Shown here: in pieces, positions 33,407-45,930 of the stretch | How positions within the stretch are numbered: position 1 is the first letter of the stretch | How the letters are laid out: each line of letters opens with the position of its first letter | Assembly: GCA_965240325.2 (NCBI GenBank) | Contig: OZ251230.1 | Location: 2,480,001 to 2,544,000 of the forward strand | Origin: Rebecca billardiae RCC1528 | Taxonomy: Eukaryota; Protista; Haptophyta | Direction: 5' to 3' | DNA: 64,000 bases | Program-made: the position numbers and the translations under genes | The notes under the pieces: generated by a model | What the model was told of the DNA's origin: nothing | What the model saw: only the letters and a program-made list of their open reading frames with translations | The model's database searches: none

Positions 33407-35152
33407 TGACCGCGTTCCGCGGTCCTTCCGTAGAACCAACGTAGTTAGGGGCCCGCGGTGCAACCTCCGTCGGCTGCTGTCGATCGGTCTGACACTCTGA
33501 CTGACATGGCGGGCCGAGGACTCGGTCGCCGCGGGCCGCGCGGCGGGAAGCGCGGCCGCCGCGGGGCCGGGCGCGCGCGCGCGCAGGGCGAGAGGCGCCG
33601 CGCGGCGCGCGGGCCGGCGCCGTGCGGGCGTGCGGGCGCACCTGCTTGAGGTGCTCGCGCTGCGCCATGCGCTCGACGACGGGCCGCTGGTCGCTCAGCC
33701 GGCGCGCTGCGTGCCGGCAGAGCGAGAGCGCGCGCCACTCGGCCAGCGGGCACTGCCCGTGCCCCGCGGCCCCGGTGCGCTGCGCAGCCGCGCACCGCAC
33801 GGATCGCCAGAGGTGAGAGGCGAGACCGAGCGGAGCTCGGAGTGGAACGAGGCGAGCGGCGCGTCGCGCCTGCCGCCGCGCGTGCGCGCCTGCTCCACCG
33901 CGCCGCGCCGTGCTCGCCCGCCGCCTCCTCGTCCGCCACGTCGGCCTCGAAGCCACGGCAGCGGCGGCGGCCAGCGCGGCAGTGCGGCGTGCCGTCGCGG
34001 CACGCTCCCGTCATCACTCCTCAAGCGACGAGCTCGCGTAGTGCTCCGGACTCGGCTCGCCCTTCGCTCCTCCTCGAGCGACGAACGCGCCTGCAGGTAG
34101 GTTGTTGGGCGCGCGCCGACTCGGCGTGACTCGGCCACGCGGCCCGGCGCCTTACGGACGACAGACCGGTGGGCGCGCTCGGTGAGAGCGGAGTGCGAGG
34201 GCCGGGCGAGACGGAGTAGACGCGGGGCCTGCGAGGCGACAGGCGCGCTCGGGGAGAGCAGAGTGCGAGGGCGAGAGGCAGCGGCCGGCCGGCCCCCGCC
34301 ACCACCTCGCGCACCGCGGCGTACTGCGGCGGCACGCGCACGCACGCGGTCCCCGGTCCGACCGAGTCAAGGGCTCCAGTTCCACGCGTCGCGGTCGCGC
34401 CGGCGCGTCACCGGCGCGAGTCGTCAAGGGCCTTGCCCCATAGTGCAATTTCGTCTGCGTGCTGTATATTCGTATCACGAATACCCTACTATGGGGGTAT
34501 GGAGTGTCGGATCATCTTTTCCGATCTGCAGTGCGCCCTCTACTACGGTAGCTTGAGTCGGGCTTCCGCGGGAACCATGTCCATTTACGACCATGCACGT
34601 TCAACCGCAGTATCGTCGGAAGATTGAACGGGAACCGCCCCTTGGTAGAATACCCTGCTACTGTAGGACCACCGTGCACATATGCACTTTTAAAAAACAC
34701 GTCCGGCCCTGGGTCCGGTTGGTCCCGGGCTGGCGACCAAGTTTTGTTCCGTATGAATATTTACAACAAATCGCAGCTAGATATTTATCATTCACTGAGA
34801 CCCAGATATACTGACAAAGGCACGCCCAGGCTCACGTCCGTCCATCAACATATGCGGAATGGCGTGGGCGCGCTTATTTCGTCACTAACTATATAGCGTA
34901 GTAACGGTAGTTGCTAATGCAGAGCACTATGGCATTAGTCAGTCTATGGGCCTGACAACGTACCCCTCGTCGAAAAAGCGATCGAAAACTCACCCTCCAA
35001 CACCCCTCAAAATCGTCCCCCGTCCCCTTTTCTTTGATCTGCAATAAAAGATGATCTTTTTGCATGATGACAACGTAGTGACGAGGGCCCCCGGCGGGGC
35101 TCCATCCACGCTACGCGCTCGCCCTACACGGGCCTACACCAGCGGGCCATAA
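33407..35152 (-). mobile_element. Helentron/Helitron2-like non-autonomous element, copy 1, with gene-like fragments
   Basis: Shares both ends with 61937-63660. Terminal hairpin GACCGCG-TTC-CGCGGTC (33408-33424) and subterminal GGCCCGCGGTGCA (~33450), which is the imperfect inverse of the far end (..CACCAGCGGGCCATA). AT-rich flanks, no TSD. Confidence 0.6.
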
Positions 35153-35310
35153 ATATACTACTATTATATATTAACGACGTGGTATGCAACGGGCAGGCGT
35201 CAGAGTCAGCAAGCTGTAGCAGCAGATCGAGCAGCAGAGACAAACACCAGGATCAGCGCTCCTCGCCGTCGTCCCCCCCCCTCATAGTCGCCCATCACTC
35301 CATCGCCAGC

Positions 35311-37294
35311 AAACTTTTCTGAGGATAGCGCACCAGCAATTTCCCTTGACCGCCATCCGGGCCGAAGTGGCGCAAAATGGCGGATGCCCCGTTTGGGCGC
35401 CCTTCCGCGCCTTCGAGCGGCACGTGCGCGTCGGGAAGTGCGCCGAAGCGTATCCGGAGCATGCTCCATCGACGCGTCGCACTGTTGGGCCCTCGCATGC
35501 GAGCCCATGCCAACGTCTGAGTGCGCCTCGCTGCGCACGGTACAGCTTGACGGTACACGGCACGATTCGGGCCGCGAGCAGCCTCGTGCGCGCGACCGAG
35601 CCAGAGGTGGTCGTCACGAGTAGCACGAGTGGCGGCACACGCGCGGGTCTGGTCGTTGCCGAATATCTGACGCACCAATCGACCTCGCCCAGCGCTATCT
35701 GCTCGTTTGTGCACGTGTTGGAAAGGATGAGCAGCTGCCTGCAAACGCCGAGCGCACAGATGAGGCGTGGGCGAGCGAAGGGGCGGCGAGGGCCGGCGCG
35801 TGCGCGCGCGTAAATTCGAGCCTCCCCATACGCATCGAAACACACCACACTCGCTCGTCGAGCTGCACATGGGCATCGGTGCGCGCGCGCCAACGCGGCG
35901 CGCCGTGCGCGCGCCTGGAGGCTGCACACGTGCTCGCGCGCGCAGGCGTGCGTGATGGACCGAGGAGGTCGCGCGAGCATGCGCGATGTGTCTGGATGAA
36001 GCGTGTAAGAGGTGGAGGCTGCGCTCCGCACGCGCTCCGCCACCGTGCACCGCGCTGCCCCTCGTCCACGCGATCGCCGCCGAGCCCAGATTCAAACGCG
36101 CGCGAGCCTGCGAGCGCGCCTCCGAGCAGCAGTCGCAGCTATCGTGTCGAAGGCGTGGCGAGAGGCAGATGTGCATGGCAAGTAGCGCCATGGTGGTGCC
36201 CATCACGCGCACACACTCGCGCACGCTCGCTGCACCACCTCGTCGCGCCCACGTGCAGCGCGCGGGGCGCGCTTCGCGCCCGAAGCAGCTGCCGAGCGGC
36301 TGCTGCGCGCGGCGCGCGCGGCGAGTAGGGCTCAGCCAATGGTCCGAGGGCGAGCCTGCCGAGCGTCGTGCGTGGCGCGCACGGACCTAGTACAACGCCG
36401 CGTACCACTCGCTGCCACCATAGGGCCCGTGCCGGCGAGCTGTGGCCGCAGCAGACACCCAAAAGCTGCCTAACAGTCATCGTTGCACAGCCGACGAGCG
36501 CGCGGCGCGCGCGTCCGCCACCGTGATGAGCACGGACGAGCGCGCGCGCCCGTGTCGTAGCTCAGATGGGGTCCCCCAATCGCACGCACCACCGCGCTGC
36601 CACGTCTTCGACCATCTTGTGTCACCATGTGGCCGCTCGCCGCTCGCGCCGAGCGGTTGGCGGCGCAGCTGCACGACCGGCAAACAGTCAGCGCGCGGCA
36701 AGGGTGGAGTCCGGCGAGGGTCGGCCGGACTGTCCGGCGCCACCAAGGTGGACCACGTGGTGGTCACCGACGCGCTCGTCCCCACGCTCGAGGCCATGGA
36801 GGCCGCCCAGGAGGAGAACTACTCACTGCAACTGCCTGTGCGCTGCCTTTGGAGTGGCTCCTTTGCGCGCGCACGCAGCGCCAACGAGCGAAAGCGTTTA
36901 GCGGGACCTAGTCCGGGGCTCAAGGGTACCATCATCAAAGAATGGAATGCGTGCAAAGGTCCCGCTAAACAAATTTTGTGTCGCCCGTGCCGCGCGCGCG
37001 CGAGCACGGCCAATGCGGCTCCTTGCACATCTGCTGCAGATCGGCTCGTGCTCGGCGAGCGCGGCGAGGAGGAAGGTGCGCGCTCGCGATCTGGCGCACC
37101 TGGGGGCCCTCGCGGCCTCCGAGCAGAAAGAGCGCGTCGAGCGCCGCGGCGCAGGTCGCACGGTCGCGATCTCGCGAGAGCGGTCGTGCGAGGATGGGCC
37201 GCGCCATGGCGCGTTTCAGCCTCCGAACGCGGCCTCCGTGAAATCCGGATGGCGGTCAAGGGAAATTGCTGGTGCGCTATCCTCAGAAAAGTTT
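35311..37294. mobile_element. ~2-kb TIR element with perfect 50-bp terminal inverted repeats
   Basis: 35311-35360 AAACTTTTCTGAGGATAGCGCACCAGCAATTTCCCTTGACCGCCATCCGG is the exact reverse complement of 37245-37294. No TSD or transposase recognised. Confidence 0.8.
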
Positions 37295-37295
37295 A

Positions 37296-37298
<3 letters not shown>

Positions 37299-37368
<70 letters not shown>
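37299..37368. repeat. (TA)n microsatellite
   Basis: Pure AT dinucleotide run of ~70 nt. Confidence 0.98.
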
Positions 37369-37371
<3 letters not shown>

Positions 37372-38306
37372 AGCGCAAGATTTCGGAAAAGATGTCGTTA
37401 CGGGCCCCCCCCTGCACCCGCCCGCTCGCGGAAATTCAGCATGGCGACGCGCGGCGCGCTGAAGGGCGGGGAGCGTGCGCGCGCAGTCCCAGACTACCCC
37501 GACGAATTTCCCCGAGCGTCTCCCCATCGATCCAAGACACCCCGCCCTGCCCACAGCTCGAGATCGGAACAGGTGCAGTTGAGGTCGCGTGCCGCGCGGG
37601 CGGCTCGGGCGCCAGTGCGCACCTTTTTTTATGGATGGCCACAGAACACCCTTCTTCCTCGGTGAGGAGGCCATGCACGGCAGCCACAGGTGCGTATGCA
37701 TTCGACTGAAGCCTGATCCGTAGCCGGCTGCTGCTCCGAGCACGCACGCCGCTCGAGTTTGGAGCTGCGCGGCACTAGCACTTCTCCGAGGCGATGATGC
37801 CAGGCGTATGGGGTCAGATCACTGCGATGGCGCGCGAGGAGGGCGGCGACTAGGCGTCGCCGCCAGGCGATAACGGCGGAAGTTGTTGCGGCCCCGCCTC
37901 TCGCGGCCCCGCCTGCAGCACTCCGCTTACGGCGTTCGTGTCCACCGCCCAGATCGAGCCCTCAGAGCGGATGCGGCTCGACGCCTCACACGGCGGGTGC
38001 AACCTGCAGCGCCGCCCCGCATGACCCAGCTGCCCGCGCGGCAGCTGCCGAGACCACGTGCCCGCGGCTCGACCCCTCCGTGTTGACCGCCGCCGTGTCA
38101 CTACCGCCGCCTGGCCGTGCCGACTGCCCGCTGCCCACACCCTTCCACCTCCCTGCTGCCCGTGCAAGCCGGAGCTCGCCACCAGCTGCCCGCACTCGTC
38201 GACGAGACGCCGATCGCTGGCCCGGCCCATTGCTCATCGCCCGCCGCCCGCACGTCCGCGCCGCGGCGCCCGCCGCACGGCACGCAGCTCTCGGCGGCAA
38301 GCATTG

Positions 38307-38692
38307 CTGCCCTGGACGGCAGCGCCGACCTGCTCGCGATCCACGTTGCCGAACTGTCGGAGGCGAACGTGCGCAAGAGCTGTGAGCTGAGCGCCGTGCC
38401 GAGACTCGAGAAGCAGCTGCACGCGGAGCGCGCTGCAGCAGCCGAACGGACGGCGGCGGCCGCCGAGACGATGGCTGCACTTAGGGTGCTGCTCGGCGTG
38501 GCCGAGGCCAAGTGGCGCGCAGCCTCGGCCGATGCCGCCGCGAGCAAGCCTGCTCGGCAAACCGCTGCGTTCGCGCTTGCCGCTGCTGCTCGGCGTGAGG
38601 CGCGCGCGCACGTGGCCGAGCGCGCTGCCGCGCGCGAGGAAGGCGCGGAGGAGCTTGGGCGGCTCGAAGCGGACCTGGCTCCTGCGCACGAG
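38307..38692 (+). pseudogene. Coiled-coil coding fragment inside the CACAG element
   Basis: LAIHVAELSEANVRKSCELSAVPRLEKQLHAERAAAAERT...EELGRLEADL has gene-like codon usage and ends at a possible GAG|GT donor. No clear start. Confidence 0.35.
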
Positions 38693-39334
38693 GTGACACG
38701 TGCGGGGTGCGGGCGCGCGTCCCAGGCGCGTGCAAGCTCGAGCTCGCGCGCGAAGGACTCGGCGCCAAGCCTCCGCGCACGAGAGCGCGGCGGAGGCGGT
38801 GGCGGCGGTGCGGCAGCGGCGCACGAGCAGCGAGCAGCCGCGCCATCCAGTCGGACGAGCAGTGATGAAGTGCTTCAAAGCTCGGAGTCGGATTCACCGT
38901 TCACGTCGGTCACGGCCTGCCACGCAGCTGTCGGACTGAGTCCCGGTCCCGGTCATCGTCCGGCGCTGAGTCGTGACTCGTGGCAGCAGCCGCGCCCGGC
39001 GGCGCTGGCGCGCGCCGGCCCGGGCCGGCGGCGGCTCACGGGTAGCAGTCGCCTGACCATGTTAGAGTCGTGTTATCGACGACCAGTAGGACCGTACGTC
39101 GTGAGAGTCATCGCGGAGGCTGCTGAGTCAGCTGCGCCCGACCCGCTCCGCGCGCCTCCGGTCAGCCTCCGCGCCCGCGGCCGCCTCCGCCGCGCGGGGC
39201 CGGCCGATCGGGCACGGTCAGCCGCGCGTAGTCCGCGAAATTTCAACTTGAATCTTGATTCGTCCGCGACCGGTCCGCGAGTAACCGGCGGTAGTGTGAG
39301 CCGTGCTGACTGCGTGACGCCGCGGCCGGGCCCG

Positions 39335-39432
39335 GGCGCGCGGGTGCCAGTAGCTATACTATAGATACTAGCTAGGCCCCGGGTGCCAGTAGCTACTGGC
39401 ACCCGGGCGGTAGCTACTGGCACCCGCGCGCC
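39335..39432. repeat. Nested palindrome cassette
   Basis: A perfect 22-bp IR (39335-39356 / 39411-39432) encloses a perfect 30-bp palindrome CCCGGGTGCCAGTAGCTACTGGCACCCGGG (39378-39407). Confidence 0.85.
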
Positions 39433-40978
39433 ACCGGTGACCCGCCCTGCCGCGGCCGCTGTCAGGCCGCTGCCCGATTGACCCGGCGGCGAGTGAGAGT
39501 CCCCGTCAGCTCTCATGATGGCCTCACGCGAGGATCGCGCCGGTACGGACCGCTGCGACGACTGGTGGCGCGCGCCGACTTCTGTCTGTCTCGTGCAGCG
39601 AGCGAGCCGCGGCGCCGGCGGCAGCGGCGGCAGCCGTCGCGCCGCCGACTGCTGCGCTGGCTGCTGCGGCGGCGGCGGAGCTTCAACGGCGGCGAGCCGC
39701 GCGGCCCGCGCGGTCCGGGCACAGAGCGGCTGTGACACGGGATGCCGGACCGTCCCGCCGAGCGGCAACGGTCGTCACGGGCTGCACGTTGGGCTCGGAC
39801 ACGGCCGTGGTGAGGTTGACGAGCGCAAGTACGACCTCGCCGTTGTGCATGAACTTGAGCGAGATGACCGCGCTGAACGAGCAGACCAAGTCTGTTCGGC
39901 ACGCCTCGCCGCGCGTGCGTCGAGGCCGAGGAAGGCTGGGTTCTCAGGAACGGTACTGCAGGCGACGGTGCACGCCGAGCGGACGTTCTGCTCCACCACC
40001 TCCATACCGCCGAGCGCGACGAACTCGGGCGCACACAGTGCCTCGCGCAGGAACGCAGCAGTCAAGCCGCTTGCCGCCTGCCGGTCACGTCGCCGAGTCA
40101 CGCCGCAGCCGCTCATGAATCTTGCGCACCTGCGCGACGAAGAGGGCGGCGCTGCACGCGGACATGCAGATAGCGAGGTGCGCGACGTGCAACGCGTTCA
40201 TCGCCGTCGCCAGAGCGCTACCAGACCCACACATCGCCTGCCATGCCGCCTCGACCGCCTCGCGCGAGCTCCACAAACAGTGCGCTTCTGCCGCGCGAGC
40301 ACGCTCTGCTGTGTGATCTGGTTGGTGTACCGGTGAAAATGCATCGAGGGGCCCTTCGTATGCGGCATTAGACCTCGCACGTCCTTCTCCCCGCCCTTCT
40401 TTCACGCCAAGTGTCTGCGCGCGCGGCGATCCGCGGCGGCGGGCAGATGCGGCCACATGCAGGCGAGCGGCAGAAAGGGCGCGCGTGCATGGTGAACGCG
40501 TCAGATGCAGGATACGTGATGCGCATTTTGGGCATCTACACTCCGATCCCGCCCATCGCCACTTATTCGCCAGACCCGCATCTCCAAGGGGCTCGGCGCT
40601 GTGCGCGCCTCCGCGCGCGCGAATGTTCAAATCATGGCCGCGCGTGCAAACGGGGTGCAGGTGGACGATGGATGCGGCGGAGCGATTCCTGCGCCGCGCC
40701 GCAAATGCGGGGAACTGTATTGCGCAGCTGAAGCGCACGCACCATCGCGGCCCAGCCAAGCCGCTCGGTCCCAGGCCGACGCCAGCTGGCGACGTTCGTC
40801 GCGCGATGGGCGATTTCGACGACATCGCGAAGCGCTCGACCAATTCGCCTCCGGCCGTCCGCCGGCCGCGTCCAACTGCCGGCGAGGGAGCCGGGTCGGC
40901 AGTTATCGCATTTTTTTAATGGGTTCGCCGAATTAGCTTACGGTCGTGGCTGGCGGGCGATCCTGCGCTGTGATATAT

Positions 40979-41442
<464 letters not shown>

Positions 41443-41749
41443 CGCCTGCTACGGGAGCGGGGCATATATACTATATAGGCATAATATTTAGACGCGGCGG
41501 TTCATAAGGGGGCTAATGCGCACTGCCTCCGCGTCTGCTGTGCCATATGACATGCCTATGGCAGTTCGATAGTATTGAAATTGTCAGCAGGAATTAAGTG
41601 TAGTCAGTAACCAGAGTCCAGACGACCAGACAGTAACCGCGGCCGGGGCCGCGCGCGTCTGGCAATTATCGGAGCCGAGCGAACAGAGTAAATGAGTCGT
41701 CGTGCCTGCAGCACGCGTCGGCCAGGTTTCACACTGCGAGTGGTCACCG

Positions 41750-43219
41750 TCATGGTCCGCCGCAGGGCTGCAGGCGCGGCAGCTTCGCGACGAGCGTCGG
41801 CATGGTCATCAGCTCCACCTCCGAGGCGCTCACGCCGTGGCCGAGCGCGCCCGACAGCGCGCCACACGAGTGCACGCAGCCGTCCGCCGCCACGAAGAGC
41901 GCATGGACGTCGCCGAGCGAGCAGCGGACGATGTGCGCGTGCGCGAGGGTGTGCGCGCGCTCGGGCGAGGCCGTCGCCGCGTGCGTCTGCTGCCCCAGCC
42001 CGAGCACGCCCCACCTGTTGTACCCGAACGTGTGCACGCGCCCGTCGGCGTCAATCACCGCGCTCGCATAGTGCGAGCCGGCGCACGCGCGCACGGCGCG
42101 CACGTCCGCCAGCGCGTCGATGCGCTTGGGCACGAGCTGGGAGCACTCGTCGTCGTGGCCGAGGCAGCCGCACCACCCGGCCCCGAACGAGTGCACGCCG
42201 CCCGTGGCGTCGACCACCAGGTTGTGGAAGACGCCCGCGCTCACGTGCACGACGCGCACGCCCGCGAGCGCGGTGACGAGCCGCGGCGTGCTGTGATGCT
42301 GCTCGTCGCCGAGGCCGAGGCGGCCTTCGCTGCCGTCGCCGCAGGAGTACACCTCGCCGGAGGCCGAGAGCAGCAGCGTGTGCACGCACCCCGCGGCCAG
42401 GCCGCCCACGGGCACGCCGTCCAGCGCCTCGACGCGCGCGGGCTCCCGTCGTTCGGCAATGTCGCCGTGGCCGAGCTGGCCCTCGTCGTTGTCGCCCCAG
42501 CTGTACGCGACGCCCGCGGCGCTGAGGGCGAGGCTGTGGTAGGCGCCGGCGGCGATGTGCACCATCGCATCGCCGGCCAGCGAGTCGACGCGCTTGAACG
42601 AGCGCTGCGTGTCCGTGCTGCCGAGGCCCAGCTGGCCGCGGTCGTTGTGGCCGCACGCGTACACGGCGCCGCCGTCGCTCAGCACGAGCAGGTGCTGCCA
42701 GCCGGCGGCCACCGCGCAGACGCGCACGCCCGAGAGCGAGGCGACGAGCGTCGGGGCGAGCACGGCGCGCAGCTCGGGGTGCCCGAGCGCGTCGACCGGC
42801 ACGAAGCGCCCGGTGCTCGCGCCCGAGCTGTCGTACTCCGTGACCTCGCCGCACGTGTGCAGCCCGCCGCGCGCGTCGACAAACGCGCTCATCGAGCCCC
42901 GGCCGAGGCCGCCAACGGTGGCCACGAGCGAGTGCTCGCGCGCGAGCTCGAGCACGCGCTCGCGTGCGAGCAGCCGCTCCGTCCACGAGCACACGTTGGG
43001 CGGCAGCTCGACCCGCAGCAGTCGCGCGTGGCCGCGAACGATCGCTCGCCTGCGCAGCGCGTACTCGACCGCCGAGCGGCCGCCGGACTTGCCGCGGAAG
43101 ATGCTCGAGGTCGCGTTCGCACTCGCGAGGTCTTGCGTGTGCTGCAGGCACGCGGCGATCCGCTCGATCACCTCGGGCGGAAGGTCGCGTAGCGTGACGT
43201 TGGATAGGGGGGTGGTCAT
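41750..43219 (-). CDS. F-box protein with RCC1 (UVR8-like) repeats
   Basis: 489-aa ORF. N-terminal LRDLPPEVIERIAACL is an F-box motif. Repeats include AAGWQHLLVLSDGGAVYACGHNDRGQLGLG and AAGAYHSLALSAAGVAYSWGDNDEGQLGHGD. Confidence 0.9.
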   Translation of the reverse strand: MTTPLSNVTLRDLPPEVIERIAACLQHTQDLASANATSSIFRGKSGGRSAVEYALRRRAIVRGHARLLRVELPPNVCSWTERLLARERVLELAREHSLVATVGGLGRGSMSAFVDARGGLHTCGEVTEYDSSGASTGRFVPVDALGHPELRAVLAPTLVASLSGVRVCAVAAGWQHLLVLSDGGAVYACGHNDRGQLGLGSTDTQRSFKRVDSLAGDAMVHIAAGAYHSLALSAAGVAYSWGDNDEGQLGHGDIAERREPARVEALDGVPVGGLAAGCVHTLLLSASGEVYSCGDGSEGRLGLGDEQHHSTPRLVTALAGVRVVHVSAGVFHNLVVDATGGVHSFGAGWCGCLGHDDECSQLVPKRIDALADVRAVRACAGSHYASAVIDADGRVHTFGYNRWGVLGLGQQTHAATASPERAHTLAHAHIVRCSLGDVHALFVAADGCVHSCGALSGALGHGVSASEVELMTMPTLVAKLPRLQPCGGP

Positions 43220-44489
43220 TGGTATGGGGGTGGAGAGGAGAGTGGATTGTCTCCAATTGGCGAAGCGGGGTTTTTACACCGCGCGGCCTTCGCACACGAG
43301 CGGGAAGCACAGCTTTCTGTAGCTGGCCGTCAACTTCGATTCACTGACGGGTCCGGAATGCAGATCTGCAATACGCGACCTCATAAGAGTACGCAAATCC
43401 GCCGGTCGCAATAACGACGCACGGGAGCCGAATCGACCAAAACAAAATGGGAATGGAATCTCCTCCCTTGGAGCCCCCTGCGAGGTCGAGATCTCTACTA
43501 ACAGATCTCCTCATCTCCTTCTAAAAACGGCGTTCGCGACTTCATTTCCGACGCATGAGCACGGCGATGAAACTCACATTTGTAAGTGATTTGTAAGCGG
43601 TTAAGGCGAAAAGTCCAAAATTTCAAGCTCACAATCGAATTTGCGATTTGGTCCTTTCGCGCGCAAACCCTTTGGTCATGAGTCAAATGAGCTTGATGCA
43701 AGAGTGGGTGTGAAGGGTGTGGTGGTTGACAGTGAAACGTCGGTAATGAGCACTATTGTACACTTACTAAACAATAACATTACTATCAGAACAACCAATC
43801 TAACAGCCAATCTAACATCCACGAAAAATGACCACTAAAGTTCGCAAGCTCGGGAGCCCCCCCAGTGCTACGACGAGTGGCCATGTCTTCCAGCGCCTCG
43901 CGTTCGCGAGGCGTGCCCGAAACAGCTACACACTCACCGGTGCCCTGGGGCACCGGCGCAACCCGCATCCAACACTCCGCATATCGCAGACACGACATAT
44001 CCACCCGCGCTTGCACACGCACGCCCCCCCCCCGCCTGCTTGCTGACCATGAAAGGACTGGCCCCGGGTGCGGACGCCAAGCGCATGCTCATCCCGACAC
44101 GACGGCGAACACCTGCGGTGTGCCTGTGCGGAGGCACTGGGGAGCGACACGCGGAGTGTGGGCCGCCCTCCTTCCTGAGCAGCGCCCGGCCCTCAGGTGG
44201 AGACCGCGCCCGTCCCGGCCTCCCCGCGGCGGCCGCGAGCCCCCCCCCCCCCCCCCCCCTTTTCCCCATCCTGCCCGTTTCGCGACAAACCCCTCTCCCC
44301 CCGAAACGCACGACGGGCCGCCGTGGTCCGGGGGACCGGCGGGGCCACTCCGGACCTGGGTTTTGAAATTTGATTTCAACCCCGCGCGCCGAAATGCCTT
44401 TGGCACCAGCACCGACCTCGCTCGCACCGCAGTGCTTCCGCACCCGCCCCCCGGCCCTCCGCAGCCCCGCGCCCGCCACACCGGCCACC

Positions 44490-45594
44490 ATGCCCCCTTA
44501 CCAGCACGGCTTTTTCCGCGACCGTCTCAACAGCAGGAGCGCCTTGAGCTTCTTCCCCTCTTCCAACAACTTCGAGCGCGGGCTGCAGGTGGAACGGCCG
44601 AGCACCCCCACCGCCAGGCGGGATGCGGGCCAGCAGATGTGCACGACGATGATCAAGCTGAGCGCGCGCTGCCTGAGCGACGTGGCGCCCAACTCGCAAG
44701 GCGGGCGACTGCTCTCAGGACTCACCCAGGACCCCAAAGGCAATAAGCACGTTTTCTCCTTCACCGGCTCGGTGCTCGAGAACATGACCATCTGCCGCCG
44801 CCTGGCCACCAGCCTGTGCATGCCGAACATTCTCACGGCGTGCACCACGGAGCTCACGCAGGAGATGCTCGCGCTGTCGGCGGCCGACCTCGCAACCCAG
44901 GCGAAGGACGTGTCCCTCACGCTCCCGGTTAGCCCCACGATGACGCTCGTGCAGTTTCACAGGGCCCTCTACGAGCAGATCGTGCCCGACATCAACAAGT
45001 ACGTGACCAACGGTGAGCACGTCGAGACCAACATCTACTCCGGCGGTGTGAACCTGATCTTCCTCCGCCTGCGTTTCATGCCCATCGACCCCGAGCACCC
45101 CATCTTCTTCGCGCCGCTCAAGCCGAGCCGCCGCATCGCCGGCGCCGCCCGCGTCCCACACAACCTGTGGGGCGTGCCGCCCGCGCCGCCTGTGCCGCCC
45201 GCGCCGCCCGCCGCTGCGCGCCGCCCTGCTCCTCAGCCGGCCGACCAACAGGCGGCGGACCCCGCCGGCCCGGAGGCGGAGGAGCCCGAGGGGGAGGGTT
45301 CGGACGATGCCATCCCGCCACCCCAGCCACCAACCGCGGCCGCGCCGTCGGACGGGCCCGAGGTGCAACAGGCCAGGCCGGCGCTCGGGGAGTCCAACTA
45401 CCGCCTGGTCCTGCCCCCCCGGCGCCGCGGCAGCCGGCAAGCGCGCGGCGACCGAGCCGTCCACGCCGGCGGAGGAGGATGGGCCCTCCTCCGCTGGCGG
45501 GAGCGACGCCAAGCCGGCCAAGCAGGCTCGCACCGCGTCCCTCGGCGACCCCCCCCGTGACCTGGCTGCCGCCGCGCCGCAGTCGCTGGCGTAG
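44490..45594 (+). CDS. Hypothetical protein (possibly retroelement ORF), frameshifted at a C7 run near 45414-45420
   Basis: ATG in GCCACC context, strong C-ending codon bias, globular N-half then a Pro/Ala tail. Removing one C joins ORF 44370-45560 to the frame of 45307-45594. Confidence 0.5.
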
Positions 45595-45654
45595 AGCCGC
45601 GCGCGGCGCTGGCGCGCCAGACGCGCCCGGTTGGGCAGCGCAGGCACCCTCAGC

Positions 45655-45775
45655 GGCCAGGACGACGACTTCCTCAACGGCAAGGGCGACGACTTCCTCT
45701 GCGGCCAGGGCGACGACTTCCTCAACGGCAAGGACGACGACTTCCTCAACGGCAAGGGCGACTACTCCCTCAACT
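45655..45775 (+). repeat. 24-bp tandem minisatellite (~5 copies)
   Basis: Unit approximately GACGACTTCCTCAACGGCAAGGGC. Confidence 0.9.
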
Positions 45776-45930
45776 CGGCAAGGCCACTAGGCCGCGCACA
45801 CCGGCCCGGGCGACCACATCCACTACCTGCACTACGGCATCAACTTGAACAGCCTCGGACGACGACGACACGGGCAACTACATGATGACCAAGGCCGACG
45901 ACGACTGCAAAACAGCGGCATCCCCGGGCG

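Larger units (their letters stand above)
37369..40972. mobile_element. CACTA/EnSpm(CMC)-like non-autonomous element with CACAG termini in a TA context
   Basis: CACAGCGCAAGAT at 37369 and ATCCTGCGCTGTG ending at 40972 (13-bp TIR, 1 mismatch), with AT on both flanks. The interior has broken gene-like fragments. Confidence 0.55.

Noticed and set aside
39683-40843. Transposase inside the CACAG element
   Set aside because: Only broken coding-like fragments in several frames; no DDE or TnpD motif recognisable.
41750-43219. UVR8 photoreceptor orthologue
   Set aside because: It lacks the repeated GWRHT tryptophan motifs and has an F-box-like N-terminus.
45631-45885. RTX-like GxGDDFL repeats in a short ORF
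   Set aside because: The period is 8 rather than 9 residues, there is no ATG start, and it follows a stop codon. Better explained as a 24-bp minisatellite.
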